A stretch of DNA of 38,983 nt from positions 1 to 38,983 of the forward strand of contig JAUXZV010000023.1 in assembly GCA_030693825.1 (NCBI GenBank). The letters are read 5' to 3'. The position numbers were made by a program, and so were the translations under genes. The notes beneath the pieces are model-generated. The model was not told where the DNA came from. It saw only the letters and a program-made list of their open reading frames with translations, and ran no database searches. The stretch comes from Myxococcales bacterium (GTDB lineage: Bacteria; Myxococcota; Myxococcia; Myxococcales; Myxococcaceae). Shown here piece after piece: positions 8,700 to 17,489 of this stretch (the first letter of the stretch is position 1; each line of letters opens with the position of its first letter).

Positions 8700-10028
8700 A
8701 TGGATACCGCCACGCTCGCGCGAGCACAGATGGGGCTCTCGCTGGCGTTTCACATCATCTTCGCGGCGTTCGGAGTCGGGCTGCCATTGCTCCTGGTCAT
8801 CGCCGAGACGATGGCGACGCGGACGAACGAGCCGCGCTACCGGTTGCTCGCCCAGCGCATGGCGAAGGGCACTGCGATTCTCTTCGCGGTCGGCGCGGTC
8901 TCGGGCACGGTGCTCTCACTCGAGCTCGGCCTCTTGTGGCCAGAGTTCATGCGGCGCTTCGGTGAGGTGGTCGGCCCGCTCTTCGCGCTCGAGGGCGTGG
9001 CCTTCTTCCTCGAGGCCATCTTCCTCGGCATCGTCTTGTATGGCCGCGAGCTCGTCTCGCCGCGCGTGTTCCGCTTCTCTGGCGTGATGGTGGCGGTCTC
9101 GGGCGCCGCGTCGGCGGGCTTCGTCACGGTGGTGAACGCCTTCATGAACCTGCCGGTGCCGGTGCAGTGGGATGCGGGCCGCGCGTACCTCGAGCAGCCA
9201 TGGCTCGTCTTCACCGCGCCCTCAGCAGCGACGCAGGTGGTCCACGTGCTGCTCTCGTCGTACGCGGTGACGGGCTTCGTGATGGCGGCAGTGCACGCAG
9301 TGTTGCTGCTGCGCGGAAGGGAGCCGTCATTTCATCGCCTCGCGCTCAACGTCGCGTTGCCGGTCGGCGCCGTCGCGGCGCTGCTGTTGCCGCTCTCGGG
9401 TGACGTCGCGGCGAAGCAAGTGACGAAGCACCAGCCGTGGAAGCTCGCCGCGATGGAGGCCCACTTCACGACGATGGCGTGCGCGCCGCTCCTCATCGGT
9501 GGGCTGCCCGACGAAGCGACAGGAACGGTCCGGTTCGGCCTCGAGATTCCGTGTGGCCTGTCGGTGCTCGGCGCTGTGGACCCGAACGCCGTCATCACCG
9601 GCCTCGACCAGGTGCCAGTGGCGGAGCGGCCTCCCGTCACCCGCACGCACCTCAGCTTCCAGGTGATGGTGGGCGCTGGCGGCTTCCTCGCGCTGCTCTC
9701 GCTCTTCGCCCTCGGTTGGCGCTGGAGGAAGAAGGAATGGCCACCGCAGCGCGCGTTCCTCTTCGCGCTCGTCGTGGCGGGTGTGGCGGCGCCGGTGGCG
9801 ATGGAGGCCGGCTGGCTGGTGACGGAGTGGGGCCGGCAACCATACGTGGTGCGTGGGCTGCTGCTGACCGCCGATGCGTCGACCCGGGTCGAAGGGCTCG
9901 CGGGCCGCCTCGCCGTCTTCGCAGCGCTGTACGTCTTCCTTGCGGTGACGGTGGTGGCGCTCCTTCGTGGGCTGTTCCGCGAGCCCGAGCCGACCGTCGA
10001 GCCGTCGCTGGTGCCGCATGGGGCTTGA
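8700..10028 (+). CDS. cydA: cytochrome bd-type quinol oxidase subunit I (short Q-loop, CioA-like)
   Basis: 442 aa, multi-TM. Conserved N-terminal region MGLSLAFHIIFAAFGVGLPLLLVIAE...WAKGTAILFAVGAVSGTVLSLELG and ...GWLVTEWGRQPYVV near the C-terminus. GGAGG RBS 6 nt upstream of the ATG. Confidence 0.9.
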   Translation: MDTATLARAQMGLSLAFHIIFAAFGVGLPLLLVIAETMATRTNEPRYRLLAQRMAKGTAILFAVGAVSGTVLSLELGLLWPEFMRRFGEVVGPLFALEGVAFFLEAIFLGIVLYGRELVSPRVFRFSGVMVAVSGAASAGFVTVVNAFMNLPVPVQWDAGRAYLEQPWLVFTAPSAATQVVHVLLSSYAVTGFVMAAVHAVLLLRGREPSFHRLALNVALPVGAVAALLLPLSGDVAAKQVTKHQPWKLAAMEAHFTTMACAPLLIGGLPDEATGTVRFGLEIPCGLSVLGAVDPNAVITGLDQVPVAERPPVTRTHLSFQVMVGAGGFLALLSLFALGWRWRKKEWPPQRAFLFALVVAGVAAPVAMEAGWLVTEWGRQPYVVRGLLLTADASTRVEGLAGRLAVFAALYVFLAVTVVALLRGLFREPEPTVEPSLVPHGA

Positions 10029-10980
10029 GCATGTCATCGCCGCGGTGATGGTGGGCGGACTGGTGCTCTACGTGCTCGGCGGCGGCGCGGACTTCGGTGG
10101 CGGCGTGTGGGACCTGCTGGCCTCTGGGCCACGCAAAGACGACCAGCGCGCGCTCATCGAGCGCACCATCGGGCCCATCTGGGAGGCGAACCACGTCTGG
10201 TTCATCTTCGTCTTCGTGCTGTTCTTCAGCGCCTTCCCGCCCGCGTTCGCGACGCTGACGACCGCGCTCTTCACGCCGCTGACGCTGTACGCGATGGGCC
10301 TGGTGATGCGGGGCTCGGCCTTCACGTTCCGCCACTACGACAGCGACCCGGTGCGCCGCCGCCGCTTCGGAGCGCTGTTCTCTGCCGCCAGCATCGGGTG
10401 CCCCTTCATCCTCGGGGCGATCGGCGCGGCGATGGTGCGCGAGCGGCCGCTGTCACTCGAGCTCGACCTCTTCGTCGTCGCGGGAGGCTTCTTCATGTTG
10501 GCCCTCGTCGCGGCGCTGGCGGCGACGTACCTGGCGGTTGCGGCGACCGACGAAGCGGTGCGTGAGGACTTCCGGCGTCGCGCCATCGTCAGCCTCGTGG
10601 TGGCCGGCGCCGCTTCGTGGCTCGCGCTCGCCGTCGCGGGAGACGTCGCGCCCCTGCTCATCACGCGGGTCGGCTTCGGCCTGCCAGCCCTCGCCGGAAC
10701 GCTGTTGGGCTTCCTCGCCGTGGCGATGCAGGCGACGCGTCGCTACCGCGCGGCGCGCTTCGCGGTCGGAGCGCTCGCCAGCACCGTCGTCATCGGGTGG
10801 GCGGTCGCGAAGGGCGAGGTGCTGGTGTGGGGTGAGCACACGCTGGCGTCGAGCCGCGCGCACCCGGCGACGCTGCAGGTGTTGCTCATCGCGAGCGCCG
10901 TGGCAGCGGTGCTGGTGATGCCGAGCCTCGCGCTGCTGTTCTCGGTCTTCAGTCAGCGTGCGGCGAAAGGCCTGAGCTGA
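10018..10980 (+). CDS. cydB: cytochrome bd-type quinol oxidase subunit II
   Basis: An internal ATG (MGLEHVIAAVMVGGLVLYVLGGGADFGGGVWDL...) overlaps the cydA stop by 11 nt. 320 aa. Polytopic membrane protein with a typical CydB N-terminus (YxxLxGxDxGxG). Confidence 0.85.
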   Translation: MGLEHVIAAVMVGGLVLYVLGGGADFGGGVWDLLASGPRKDDQRALIERTIGPIWEANHVWFIFVFVLFFSAFPPAFATLTTALFTPLTLYAMGLVMRGSAFTFRHYDSDPVRRRRFGALFSAASIGCPFILGAIGAAMVRERPLSLELDLFVVAGGFFMLALVAALAATYLAVAATDEAVREDFRRRAIVSLVVAGAASWLALAVAGDVAPLLITRVGFGLPALAGTLLGFLAVAMQATRRYRAARFAVGALASTVVIGWAVAKGEVLVWGEHTLASSRAHPATLQVLLIASAVAAVLVMPSLALLFSVFSQRAAKGLS

Positions 10981-10987
10981 TGCCCGG

Positions 10988-11842
10988 CTATTTCAAGACG
11001 ACGGCGGCACCGACCGGCAGGCGCGCGTAGAAGTCAGCGACGTCCTCCGGGTGGAGCACCACGCAGCCCCATGACAGCCCGAAGCCCTCGACGTCGCCGC
11101 GCCACGGCGCAATCCACCCGTGGAAGCCGATGCCGCCGCCGAGCTTCGTCTTCTGCGTCGGCAGCGCCCGTCTCCACCAGGTCTGCGCAATGTTCGCGGA
11201 CTGCTCAGGCGAGACGAGCCGTTCCTTCTCTCCCCGGCGAGCATCGAACGCGTTCGGGTAGTTGAGCTTCACCCAGTGGCCTCCGTAGTAGCCGGCGAAG
11301 TCGCCCGTGAACGGCCCGGTGGACTTGTCGGTGACGAAGTAGAGGCCGCGTGGCGTCTTCAGGTCTCCGCGCACGGTCTTGACGCCCTCGGCCTGGCCGC
11401 GCCCGACCTCCCACGTGTGCGTGCGCACGCCGCGTTCGTAGCGACGCGCTTCGTTCGTCTCGACGTCGACGACGAGCAGCACGGCTTCGTGGCGTGGGTC
11501 GTAGAGAAACGCGTGCTCGCGAAAGAAGCGTGTCGGCGCCTGTCCATCGAGCAAGGCGCTCCCCCGGGCCAACGGTTGTCCCGCCACGACGGTGGCGCCG
11601 GCCTCGACGGCTCGAAGCTTCGGCTGCTTCACCGTCAGCAGCACCTCGCGCACCTCGTGGTTCTCGTACGCGCAGAGGCGCACCTCGAGCACGTCATCGG
11701 TCGACGCGGTCACCACGCCGCCCGACGGAGCCACGACGCGGTCGCCTGCCGTCAGCTTCGAGGTGATGAGCAGCGGGGCCGGGCAGAGGTCGAGGAGGTC
11801 TGGCGTGGCGGCGAGCAGCGCGAGGAGCGTCAGCGTCATCAC
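10988..11842 (-). CDS. L,D-transpeptidase (YkuD domain) with signal peptide
   Basis: C-terminal catalytic motif GGIGFHGWIAPW...GLSWGCVVL (His/Cys of YkuD). Signal MMTLTLLALLAATPDLLDLC. Confidence 0.8.
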   Translation of the reverse strand: MMTLTLLALLAATPDLLDLCPAPLLITSKLTAGDRVVAPSGGVVTASTDDVLEVRLCAYENHEVREVLLTVKQPKLRAVEAGATVVAGQPLARGSALLDGQAPTRFFREHAFLYDPRHEAVLLVVDVETNEARRYERGVRTHTWEVGRGQAEGVKTVRGDLKTPRGLYFVTDKSTGPFTGDFAGYYGGHWVKLNYPNAFDARRGEKERLVSPEQSANIAQTWWRRALPTQKTKLGGGIGFHGWIAPWRGDVEGFGLSWGCVVLHPEDVADFYARLPVGAAVVLK

Positions 11843-11864
11843 AGGCCCAGACGTCTGTCGGCGG

Positions 11865-12773
11865 TCACGAGTTCCGCGCGGCGGCAGCGCGGTCGAGGGC
11901 GAAGCGCACCACCTCCGACGCCACGTCTTGTCCGGTCGCGTGCTCGAGCCCCTCGAAACCCGGAGACGAGTTCAGCTCCATCACTCGCGGCCCGTCCTTG
12001 CCCTCGAGCATGTCGACGCCGCAGATGTCGAGGCCCACGAGCTTCGCCGCCTTCACGGCCGTCTCGAGGAACACTGGCTCGAGGGTGACGGGGCTGCCTT
12101 CTCCCCCGCGGTGAATGTTGCTGCGGAACTCACCGGCCCGGGCCTGGCGCCGCATCGCGCCCACGACGCGGTCGCCCACCACGAGCGCGCGCACGTCTCT
12201 GCCGCTCGACTCGGCGATGAACTCCTGCAGGCAGATCTCCTGGCCCAGCGAGGTGAAGGTGTCGACGATGGTGCGCGCCTCGGTCATCGTGGTGGCGATC
12301 ATCACGCCGACGCCCTGGGTGCCGCGGAGCAGCTTGATGATGCAGGGCAACCCGCCCACGGCGTCGACCAGCCGGACGATGTGCGCCGTGTCGTTCGCCA
12401 TCACGGTGCGGGGCACGCCGACGCCTCCGGCCGCGAGCACCTGCAGACACCGCACCTTGTCGCGGCTGCGCGCGATGGCCGAGGCGCCGTTGACGACGGG
12501 CACGCCCATCGAGTCGAGGTGGTTGACGACCTGCATGCCGTAGTTGGTGATGCTGGTGCCGATGCGCGGAATCACGGCCGAGAGGCCTTCGACGCTGACG
12601 CCCCGGTAGAGCAGCCGCGAGCCGTCGGGGCCGATCACCATGGTGCAGCGCAGGGTGTCGATGACGATGGGGCTGGCGTCGAGGGCCTCGGCGGCTTCGA
12701 CGAGGCGGGTCGTCGAGTACAGCGACCGCTGACGCGACAGAATGCAGAGGCGCTCGTGGCGCACGCGGGACAT
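11865..12773 (-). CDS. rimK: ATP-grasp ribosomal protein S6--L-glutamate ligase
   Basis: Near full-length match to the RimK pattern: ILSR...LYSTTRLVEAA...VIPRIGTSIT.YG....LDSMG....N...AIARSRDK.R.LQ.LA..G...P.T.......IKLL.GTQG.GV....T..EA......F.......LQEFI.E..G.D.R.LVVGD.VV.AM.R.A..GEFRSN.HRGG. Start taken at the ATG three codons inside the ORF. Confidence 0.9.
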   Translation of the reverse strand: MSRVRHERLCILSRQRSLYSTTRLVEAAEALDASPIVIDTLRCTMVIGPDGSRLLYRGVSVEGLSAVIPRIGTSITNYGMQVVNHLDSMGVPVVNGASAIARSRDKVRCLQVLAAGGVGVPRTVMANDTAHIVRLVDAVGGLPCIIKLLRGTQGVGVMIATTMTEARTIVDTFTSLGQEICLQEFIAESSGRDVRALVVGDRVVGAMRRQARAGEFRSNIHRGGEGSPVTLEPVFLETAVKAAKLVGLDICGVDMLEGKDGPRVMELNSSPGFEGLEHATGQDVASEVVRFALDRAAAARNS

Positions 12774-12828
12774 GCGCCACAACCGTACTGCCCACGTCCT
12801 CCGTCGTCCCGGTTTGTTGGCGAAACGA

Positions 12829-13620
12829 TCAGGGAGGTGGCGTCGTCGCCAGCCTCGGCAGCGCTTCCCAGGAGGCGGTGGGAAACGCGTGGTGCGTTCG
12901 GTGGTAGCCGACGTGGTGCGGGAAGACGAAGGGCGCGAGCCACCGGCTGCGATGCTCCCGGGTCGTCGCCTCGAGGCCCCGCGCCGCTGGGGTGGTCGAG
13001 TGCTCGGCGAGGAACCGGCAGGCGTTGAACAGCGCCGTCCAGCCGAGCGGGAGCCACCAGTGCTGGGCGAAGAAGGCGGGCTCCAGCGCCGTCGCCACCA
13101 GCAGGAGCGCCCACGTCACCACCACGGGCCACTCGGTGCGGCGGGCGCGCTCGACGTCTCGCCGGCCCGCGTCGTCGTCTTCTCCAGACACCAGGAGCTG
13201 GGCGTACAGCGGCGTCAGGCGCGGCGCGACGAGCGACGCGGTGCCGAGAAGTGAACGGAACACCCAGAACGGGAAGATGACGAGCAGCAGCAGGAAGAGC
13301 CGCGCGTCTCCAAGCGCCTTCCGCGGTACGAGGTATGGATCGTTCGGCAGGTTGGTGCGCGCGTGGTGCCGCAGGTGATGCGCGCGCATCGCGTCGAGCG
13401 TGGTGCCGAGGGGCCAGCCGCCGAGCGCTTCGAGCCAGACGGCCTTCCCAGCGCCGTGACAGGCGTCGTGCAGCAACACGCCGAGCGCGTGAAGGCGGCC
13501 CCCGATGACGGGCGCGACGAGCAGGAACGTCCACCAGGGCCCGACAGCGCTGACGCCCCAGCAGGCGATCATCACGGCGACGTCCAGCGCCGCCCAGCGC
13601 GCGAGCCTCGCCGACGTCAC
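12829..13620 (-). CDS. membrane di-iron fatty-acid-desaturase-family protein (CrtW/beta-carotene-ketolase-like or acyl-lipid hydroxylase-like)
   Basis: Three His boxes: HDACHG, HHLRHH, and FPHHVGYHRTHHAFP...W..LP. The last closely mirrors the CrtW C-terminal HHEHH box. Four hydrophobic helices. Its start overlaps the upstream amidohydrolase stop by 4 nt (coupled). Confidence 0.75.
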   Translation of the reverse strand: MTSARLARWAALDVAVMIACWGVSAVGPWWTFLLVAPVIGGRLHALGVLLHDACHGAGKAVWLEALGGWPLGTTLDAMRAHHLRHHARTNLPNDPYLVPRKALGDARLFLLLLVIFPFWVFRSLLGTASLVAPRLTPLYAQLLVSGEDDDAGRRDVERARRTEWPVVVTWALLLVATALEPAFFAQHWWLPLGWTALFNACRFLAEHSTTPAARGLEATTREHRSRWLAPFVFPHHVGYHRTHHAFPTASWEALPRLATTPPP

Positions 13621-15014
13621 TCCACTTTCTCGATGACGACGCCGCCCTGCATCACGGTGACGATGCGCGAGGTGGCGGTGATGTCGGTGAGCGGATCGCC
13701 GTCGAGCAGCACGAGGTCGGCGCGCTTGGTGGGCTCGATGGTGCCGAAGTCGGCGTTGGCGCCGGCGATGAAACGCGCAGGGAGCACCGTCGCGCCACGC
13801 AGCACGTCAGCGTTCGGGATGCCCGCCTCCGACAAGAGCCGCAGCTCGTCGAGGAACGCGCCGCCCGCCAGGCACCCGATGGAGCCCGCGCCATCACTGC
13901 CCACCAGAATCGGCACGCCCGCGTCGTAGAGCGTCTTGGCCGCGGCGAGGCGCTTCGGGCGGTCGGCCTGCAGCTGGCCGAGCCACTCCATCAGCTGCGG
14001 GTCGAGCGTCCTGGTGCGGGCGACGTCGGGCGAGAACGGCGTGAGGAACGACTCGGGGTAGAGGCGCTTCTCCATCTCGGTGGGCGCGAAGCGGAACTGC
14101 ACCAGCGCCTCTGCGCGCTCGAACACCACGAGCGTCGGAGCGACGACGACGCCTGCTGCTTTGAGCTCCTGCGCCTCGGCCACGGTCAGCTCACCCAGAT
14201 GAATGCCGTGCATCAGCGCGTCGATGCCTGCGCGCGCCGCTCTCAGGGCGTGCACCGCCGTGTCGATATGGGCCACCGCCTTCACGCCCTTCTCATGAGC
14301 CCGCTTCACCGTCGCGGACACGAGCTCGGGCGGCATCGTCTGCGCGTTGAGCGGCACGCTCGCGATGGCCAGCTTGATGTGGTGCGCGCCGTTGTGCAGT
14401 CGCCAGTCGACCGCCGCGACGGCCTCGAGCGGGTTCGTCACCGGTCCGGAGAAGCGCTGGTCGGCGAGCGTGCTGGCCGGCCAGGGAAACAGAATCTTCA
14501 CCATCGACGTCGGGTAGCCGCCCTTCAACGAGACGATCTGCCCCGAGTACCAGAAGCGGGGCCCAAGCCATGACGGGTCGGCCTGCCGCTTCCACAACGC
14601 CTTGAGCTTCTCGAGCTCGCCGCCGACGTCCATCGCGCTGGTGATGCCCGAGGCGAGCAGCGCGCGGCCGTTGTGGTCTTCATCGGGCCACGCCACCGCC
14701 CACGGTGGCGCAGGGCTGCCAGTGAGGTGCACATGGAAGTCGACGTAGCCGGGCATCAGCGTCTTGCCAGCGCCTTCGATGACGCGGGCTCCGGTGAGGT
14801 CGGTGCCGGTCGGCGCGATGCCGACGATGCGGCCGTTCTCCACGCGCACATCCTGGTGCTCGAGCGAGCTGGTGTCGGTGGCGGTGAAGACCCGCACGTC
14901 GCGGAAGATGGTGACGGGCGCGGGTGAGGCTTCACGCCGAATCAGCTGTGGATAGCGGTGAGACGCAGGGCAGCCGAGCAGCACGGCCGGCACGAGGAGG
15001 AGCAGCAGACGCAT
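13617..15014 (-). CDS. metal-dependent amidohydrolase-family lipoprotein
   Basis: Lipoprotein signal MRLLLLLVPAVLLGC taken as start (ORF extends to 15104). HxH metal motif (VDFHVHL). Later HIDTA..., ...HGIHL and ...SDGAGS motifs of the amidohydrolase superfamily (TIM barrel). Confidence 0.85.
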   Translation of the reverse strand: MRLLLLLVPAVLLGCPASHRYPQLIRREASPAPVTIFRDVRVFTATDTSSLEHQDVRVENGRIVGIAPTGTDLTGARVIEGAGKTLMPGYVDFHVHLTGSPAPPWAVAWPDEDHNGRALLASGITSAMDVGGELEKLKALWKRQADPSWLGPRFWYSGQIVSLKGGYPTSMVKILFPWPASTLADQRFSGPVTNPLEAVAAVDWRLHNGAHHIKLAIASVPLNAQTMPPELVSATVKRAHEKGVKAVAHIDTAVHALRAARAGIDALMHGIHLGELTVAEAQELKAAGVVVAPTLVVFERAEALVQFRFAPTEMEKRLYPESFLTPFSPDVARTRTLDPQLMEWLGQLQADRPKRLAAAKTLYDAGVPILVGSDGAGSIGCLAGGAFLDELRLLSEAGIPNADVLRGATVLPARFIAGANADFGTIEPTKRADLVLLDGDPLTDITATSRIVTVMQGGVVIEKVE

Positions 15015-15264
15015 GGCGGCGCACGCTACCCTGCGGCACGCAGGCCACCACTGACCTTCACCCGCCCTCGGCGGACCCTGGAACCCGAGTCCTCGAACGA
15101 CCATTGACGTTCGCCAGAGCGCGTGCGGGGCCCGCCGTTTGTCTGCGTTGCGTCACGGAGCGTCGAAAGAGGACAGAATGTTTCACTTCCCTTGATGCGT
15201 GCCAATTCGACCGCAGGCTAGGAGGCGCCTTCGCGAGCACCGCGCACGCGAGGGGAGGTCAGCC

Positions 15265-16263
15265 GTGTTGTACCTGCACGCCATCGGTCACTTTCACCCC
15301 GAGAACCTGCTCACCAACGCGTTCCTCGAGAGCCTTGGCATCGAGACGAACGAGACGTGGATCATGGAGCGCGTGGGCATTCGCTCTCGCCACACCGTGC
15401 TGCCGCTCGACTACATCCGCGAGACGAAGAACCGTGACCCGCGCCGCGCCATCGAGGCGGCGACGATGTCGAACGCTCAGACGGGCGCGAAGGCCGGCCT
15501 GATGGCGCTCGAGCGCGCGAAGCTGACCGTGAAGGACATCGGCATGGTGCTCTCGGGCAGCTGCAGCCCTGACGAGTGCATTCCTGCCGAGGCCAACCGC
15601 GTGGCTGCCGCGCTCGGCATCGACGCGCCGTCGCTCGATCTCTCCAGCGCCTGCTCGAGCTTCTGCAGCCAGCTCTACTTCGTCGAGGCGATGCGGCCCG
15701 AGAAGCTCCCCGACTTCATCATGCTGGTGAACCCCGAGAACTCGACCCGCGTCGTCGACTACTCGGACCGCTCGAGCTGTGTGTTGTGGGGCGACTGCTC
15801 CACCGCCGCCATCGTCTCGCCGCGTGTTCCTGGCCCGTGGAAGGTGACGTCGACGTACCTGAAGGGCGAGCCTGCTGGTGCCGACAAGGTGAAGGTGCCG
15901 CGCTTCGGTCACTTCACGCAGCAGGGCGCCGAGGTGCAGAAGTTCGCCATCAAGCGCACCGGTGAAGTCTACGAGGTGCTGCGCCGCGAGTGGCTCGAGG
16001 GCGCTCCGGGCCGCAGCGTCGACGACCTCACCTTCATCGGCCACCAGGCCAACCTGCGCATGCTCGAGGCCGTCGCCCGTCGCTGCGAGGTGCCCGAGTC
16101 GCGGCACCGCTTCAACGTCGACACTCGCGGCAACGTCGGCGCCTCTGGCGCCCCGTCGGTCTTCTCGGAGCACTGGGGCACCGACGCGCTCGGCAAGGGC
16201 ATCGCGCTGTGCGTCGTGGGCTCTGGCCTCACCTGGGCTGGCGCCCTGTTCGAGCGTAGCTGA
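15265..16263 (+). CDS. beta-ketoacyl-ACP synthase III-like (FabH family) condensing enzyme
   Basis: GTG start with AGGGGAGG 6 nt upstream. Catalytic triad contexts are present: Cys (LSSACSSF), His (FIGHQANLRML), Asn (RGNVGASGAPSV). The first 22 codons of the track ORF are an R-rich extension. Confidence 0.85.
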   Translation: MLYLHAIGHFHPENLLTNAFLESLGIETNETWIMERVGIRSRHTVLPLDYIRETKNRDPRRAIEAATMSNAQTGAKAGLMALERAKLTVKDIGMVLSGSCSPDECIPAEANRVAAALGIDAPSLDLSSACSSFCSQLYFVEAMRPEKLPDFIMLVNPENSTRVVDYSDRSSCVLWGDCSTAAIVSPRVPGPWKVTSTYLKGEPAGADKVKVPRFGHFTQQGAEVQKFAIKRTGEVYEVLRREWLEGAPGRSVDDLTFIGHQANLRMLEAVARRCEVPESRHRFNVDTRGNVGASGAPSVFSEHWGTDALGKGIALCVVGSGLTWAGALFERS

Positions 16264-16370
16264 CGCAGTGATTTCAACAGGTTCTGGCCATGTCGCCCAT
16301 TCGGGCGAAACCAGCGCCTGCCGCGCGACGTAAGCCCCGTGTCGCGAACGAACCCATGGAGCCCGACACA

Positions 16371-17477
16371 ATGAGCCGCCTCGTCTTCCTGATGGTTGGA
16401 ATCGCCCTCGCCGTCGCCGCCGTCGCCTGGGCGCAGTCGTCGAGGGGCAGGACGGGAGCGCCCGGCGCCAACGCCTCCACCACCACCGATCCGGAGCTCC
16501 CCGTGAAGAACTACCTCAAGCCCTCGAAGGACGAGCTGAAGAAGAAGCTCACCGCAGAGCAGTTCAAGGTGACGTGTGAAGCCGACACCGAGCCGCCGTT
16601 CCGCAACGCGTACTGGAACAACCACGAGGCCGGAATCTACGTCGACATCACCACCGGCGAGCCGCTCTTCAGCTCCCTCGACAAGTTCGACTCGGGCTCT
16701 GGCTGGCCGAGCTTCACGAAGCCGATTCAGAAGCAGGTCGTCGTCGAGCACAAGGACGTGGCCTTCGGCATGGTTCGCGTCGAGGTGCGCTCGAAGGGCG
16801 GCGACGCCCACCTGGGCCACGTCTTCGATGACGGCCCGTCGGACAAGGGCGGCCTGCGCTACTGCATCAACTCGGCGTCGCTGCGTTTCATCCCCGTCGC
16901 GAAGCTCGAGGCCGAGGGGTACGGGGAGTACCTGCAGCTGTTCCAACCTGCATCATCCTCCGCAGCATCGAAGGAGAAGGCCGCCGTGAAGACCGAGACC
17001 GCGTACCTCGCTGGTGGCTGCTTCTGGGGCATGGAGGACCTGCTCCGCAAGATTCCGGGCGTCGTCGAGACCGAGGTTGGCTACACCGGCGGTCACCTCG
17101 ACAACCCGAAGTACGACGACACCCACGACAGCAGGTCGGGCCACGCGGAGTCGGTGAAGGTGGTGTTCGACCCTGCCGTGCTCTCGTACGCGACCCTGCT
17201 CGAGAAGTGGTTCTTCAAGATGCACGACCCGACGACGCCCAATCGTCAGGGCAACGACGTCGGCACGCAGTACCGCTCGGCGCTCTTCGTGATGGACGAC
17301 GCGCAGAAGAAGGTGGCCGATGAGGTCATCGCGAAGCTGAACAGGGCTGGCACCTGGAAGAAGCCCATCGCCACCACCATCGAGCCGTTCAAGAAGTGGT
17401 GGAAGGGCGAGGACTACCACCAGGACTACCTGCAGAAGAACCCGGGCGGGTACACGTGCCACTTCATGCGTGACTGA
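16371..17477 (+). CDS. secreted bifunctional peptide-methionine sulfoxide reductase (MsrB domain then MsrA domain)
   Basis: Signal [21 protein letters not shown]. MsrB motifs GSGWPSF and RYCINSASL. Linker. MsrA active site GGCFWG...YHQDY. Start taken at the internal ATG (the upstream 27 codons are R/P-rich). Confidence 0.88.
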   Translation: MSRLVFLMVGIALAVAAVAWAQSSRGRTGAPGANASTTTDPELPVKNYLKPSKDELKKKLTAEQFKVTCEADTEPPFRNAYWNNHEAGIYVDITTGEPLFSSLDKFDSGSGWPSFTKPIQKQVVVEHKDVAFGMVRVEVRSKGGDAHLGHVFDDGPSDKGGLRYCINSASLRFIPVAKLEAEGYGEYLQLFQPASSSAASKEKAAVKTETAYLAGGCFWGMEDLLRKIPGVVETEVGYTGGHLDNPKYDDTHDSRSGHAESVKVVFDPAVLSYATLLEKWFFKMHDPTTPNRQGNDVGTQYRSALFVMDDAQKKVADEVIAKLNRAGTWKKPIATTIEPFKKWWKGEDYHQDYLQKNPGGYTCHFMRD

Positions 17478-17489
17478 TGCGTGAGCGTC

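Noticed and set aside
11120-13028. Plus-strand ORFs 11120..12088 and 11592..13028 (322 and 478 aa)
   Set aside because: They overlap the well-supported minus-strand L,D-transpeptidase, rimK and desaturase genes. R/A/G-rich antisense.
12635-13534. 299-aa minus-strand ORF in another frame over the desaturase gene
   Set aside because: Off-frame, R/P/A-rich. The 12829..13620 frame carries the His boxes.
15259-16946. Minus-strand ORFs 15259..16371 and 15969..16946
   Set aside because: Antisense to the FabH-like and MsrBA genes. No motifs.
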